Source: Anaeramoeba ignava BMAN (Eukaryota; Protista; Anaeramoebae). Taken from it: DNA of 64,000 nucleotides. The stretch lies in assembly GCA_028826165.1 (NCBI GenBank), contig JAPDFW010000114.1, positions 868,001-932,000 of the forward strand, given 5' to 3'. Shown here piece after piece: positions 61,001 to 64,000 of the stretch (position 1 is the stretch's first letter; each line of letters opens with the position of its first letter). The position numbers were made by a program, and so were the translations under genes. The notes beneath the pieces are model-generated. The model was not told the DNA's origin. It searched no databases and was given only the letters and a program-made list of their open reading frames with translations.

Positions 61001-64000
61001 TTAGGATTAGAATCTACTAAATTAAATGATTGATGAAAAGCTTCATTGTTGTTATTTTGGTTATTCTTATTATTTTCATTTTGAATATTAAGTAAATTGA
61101 TTTTATAATAAAGTTTTGTTCCGTTTTTGCATTTTGGAATAGGTTGTCTTCTACATATATTTTTCATCTTATTAATATAATTCCCCACATCAATATCCAT
61201 ATAAGAAGGAGGATGTGAATGAATTTCATTACGAATTGTAATACAAATCTCTGTAATGAAACTAGGCTTTCTGAGACAAATTTGGAGCTGAATCAAATTG
61301 ATTTTTAAATGATAAAAGAAAGGAAATGTTTTTTTTTGTTTTTGTTTTTGCGGAATTAAAATTGATTTGAATTAAATAAAATAAATTTGATTTTTTTTTG
61401 GCGAATTTACATTAATGGATTGTGAATGAGGATCACAATAACAAACAGAAGAAGAATCATGAATAATCTGTTCTAGAGGACCATTTTGATCAGGATAAAT
61501 TTTTTCATAATCAAAATGACTTAAAAACCAAGTTGGATAACTTGATATTAAAATATTTCTATTAAAAGAATTTGGAAAATGAGAAAAATGAGGAAAATAT
61601 TCCAATTTTTTCAATCCTAAAAAAAGCTCGTATTGAATTTGTCTTGTTGGATCATGAGCCACATTTTGATATCTGCGCATAAGTACAATAAAAGAGTCAT
61701 TTGGAGCATTTGAAATATTAGGAGAAAATTCTCGAATCAATGATGTTTGCATTGCTTTTGAATATGTATATAAGAAGGAGCAAACATCACCTTTACGCAC
61801 AAAAAATTGTGCTAATGTTTCAAGTATTGCTGATGATATGTGATTTTTGATATCTAACAAATCCAAATCGAGAGCTTTCCATTTTTCAAATTCAAATTTT
61901 GTTGTCAAACCAACTCCCAATCTCCTGCACATTTCAGCAAGAATTTGAATAGAGGCAACTTTTTAAAGATGTAATTATTAAATTATTATGATTTAAGAAT
62001 ATTTCTTTCTTTTTTTTTGTTTTATTTTCAAATATTTTTACAAAATGTTGCAACATTTGTTCTATCAAGTGAATCTGCGCAATTAACCCTCAAAACTCCT
62101 TTTTGTTTTGATGCTAATGTTGTAATTGCATAATTTCCATCAGGACAAAATACAGAATTGATTTCGATATTTGATAAATTTTGATTCTCGAAATCAAATT
62201 GAATAGATTCACCATCTCCATTTAAAATTTCTTTCCAAACCAAATCAAAATCAACATCATCCTTTCCAACAAGTTCAATTTGCCCTGAATTTAAATCATA
62301 ATCTATAATTGTTTTTTTAATACTCTCCCAAAATCTTTTGATTCCGATAGCCTTTCCTTGGGTTTTGATTTGGAAAGACCAATCAAAATTTATAACAGAA
62401 AGATTAATTTTGATTTTATCCTTAACATATTCAACAATATTTTGAAAATATTTATTCAATTCATTTTCATTATTATTGGGTCTTGATTTGAGAAGATTCA
62501 CACAAGTAATATTTTTTGTTTCCAGTCTTTTCATTATTCTCTGGAAATACAATTCTGATTTATTAAAAGGATTCTTTTTGATAACAAATTTTGGTTTAGA
62601 TATTTTGGTTTTTAAAGATGTTTTCCATCGTAAAGGAACAGTTCCAGTTCTATAAATATAAGAAAACCATTTGATAACTTTGATTGAATTTAAAAAGCAA
62701 ATAATTTCGCATTCCATTTCATTTCCACTTTCTAAAAAATAAATATATAAATTTTAACAAAAAATTTTTTTTGTAAATAATTAATTCTAAACCTCCTATA
62801 TCATTCAATCCTCTTGCATAATATCTTGTTCCTGGATTTAAGTTTGTTTTCTTAGCAAAATAAACTAAATTGATTTCTTCTTGAGAATGTTTTGATAAAA
62901 TTCCATTACGAAAACAAGGAATAAACGAACCAACTGCAACTCCTTGAAGTAAAACAACACACCAACGAGAAAGACCTAATTCTTCAAAAGTTTTTCTAAA
63001 TTGCATGTTCCAACAAAAAATTGGATCATAACTAATTTTTGGAATATTTTTATTAAACAATAAATATCTATTTATTTGAGTAATTTTTTATTGATTTAAT
63101 AAATTATCTATTTTACTCATCAATATCATATGAAGATGGAAAAGGATGTGTAATATCATATGTTTCAGAATAAAAATGAACACGATCTAAAATGAATTCC
63201 ATCATTTTATCAATTTTTTTTTGGACATTTCTTTTTTAATTTTCAAAATGAATTTTTTATTTGATTTCAATTTTGAATTTTAATTTTAAATTTTCATAAT
63301 TTACTGATTATCAAATTGTAAATAAGAAAGTTTAACTTTAATCCAATTTGTTGAAATAAGTGTGTATATTTTATGTTCTCCATAAAGTTGAGCAGATAAT
63401 TGAACCTAAATTTAATTAATAAAAAAAATTAAATCAATATAAAAATTATTTATTTTTTGTTGATTTAAAATTTACTTTTGTTGCAATAAGAATTAAACCA
63501 AAGGAACCAATAACAACATATCCAAGTAATGCTTCTGCTCTAGTTGATTGTTTTATGGTTAATTTATTTGTAAAAGTTAAATAATTTTGTGCTTCCTCTT
63601 CTGAAGAAAATATATCCATATTTTCTCTTCCAACAAATTTTAAATTTCCAGAAATTGGATCTATTGAAAATAATTGTGTATCATTTCTTGTTGATAATGA
63701 AGAAATAATAAACTAAATTTTAGATTTTTAATTTTAATTTTAATTTTAATTTTGATTTTAATTTTGATTTTGATTTTGATTTTAATTTTTGATTTTAATT
63801 TTAATTTTAATTTTGATTTTAATTTTGATTTTGATTTTAATTTTGATTTTGATTTTAATTTTGATTTTGATTTTTAATTTAATTTTAATTTTAATTTTGA
63901 TTTTGATTTTAATTTTGATTTTGATTTTGATTTTGATTTTAATTTTAATTTTAATTTTGATTTTTAATTTTAATTTTAATTTTGATTTTGATTTTAATTT
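58068..64000 (-). CDS. SAC9: SAC9-like phosphoinositide phosphatase with Cys-rich zinc finger (5' end off the window)
   Basis: IISSLSTRNDTQLFSIDPISG, NPGTRYYARGLN, GNEMECE, GTVPLRW, catalytic RVNCADSLDRTN; multi-exon; frame breaks in the N-rich repeat 58710-59200. Confidence 0.85.

Overview
Very AT-rich, gene-dense eukaryotic DNA with short GT-AG introns, many of them inflated by simple repeats. It most resembles an anaerobic protist such as the metamonad Anaeramoeba. That is inference from a presequence-bearing rubrerythrin, ANK-BTB and TLDc families and TCATTTT initiator motifs. About 20 protein-coding genes can be reconstructed, in order: RING-kinase-tandem TLDc, secreted 2H phosphoesterase, NRDE2, giant USP9/24/34-type deubiquitinase, ankyrin-BTB, TKL kinase with helical N-terminus, VPS29, BLOC1S4-like, CCDC93, RPL34, TAF10, two restriction-endonuclease-fold paralogs, rubrerythrin, ankyrin-kinase, threonine synthase, C2-EML, TAF1C-like, GH15 glucoamylase and SAC9-like. 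The stand-out observation is the ankyrin-BTB gene (20044-22642). Its ankyrin repeats are joined through chains of apparent single-codon (3-nt) micro-exons (AG-NNN-GT) spaced by normal-sized introns. They supply the variable beta-hairpin residues of each repeat, and one of them is a TAA stop. No RNA genes, CRISPR arrays or intact transposons were recognised. All gene models were derived by eye, without transcript data.
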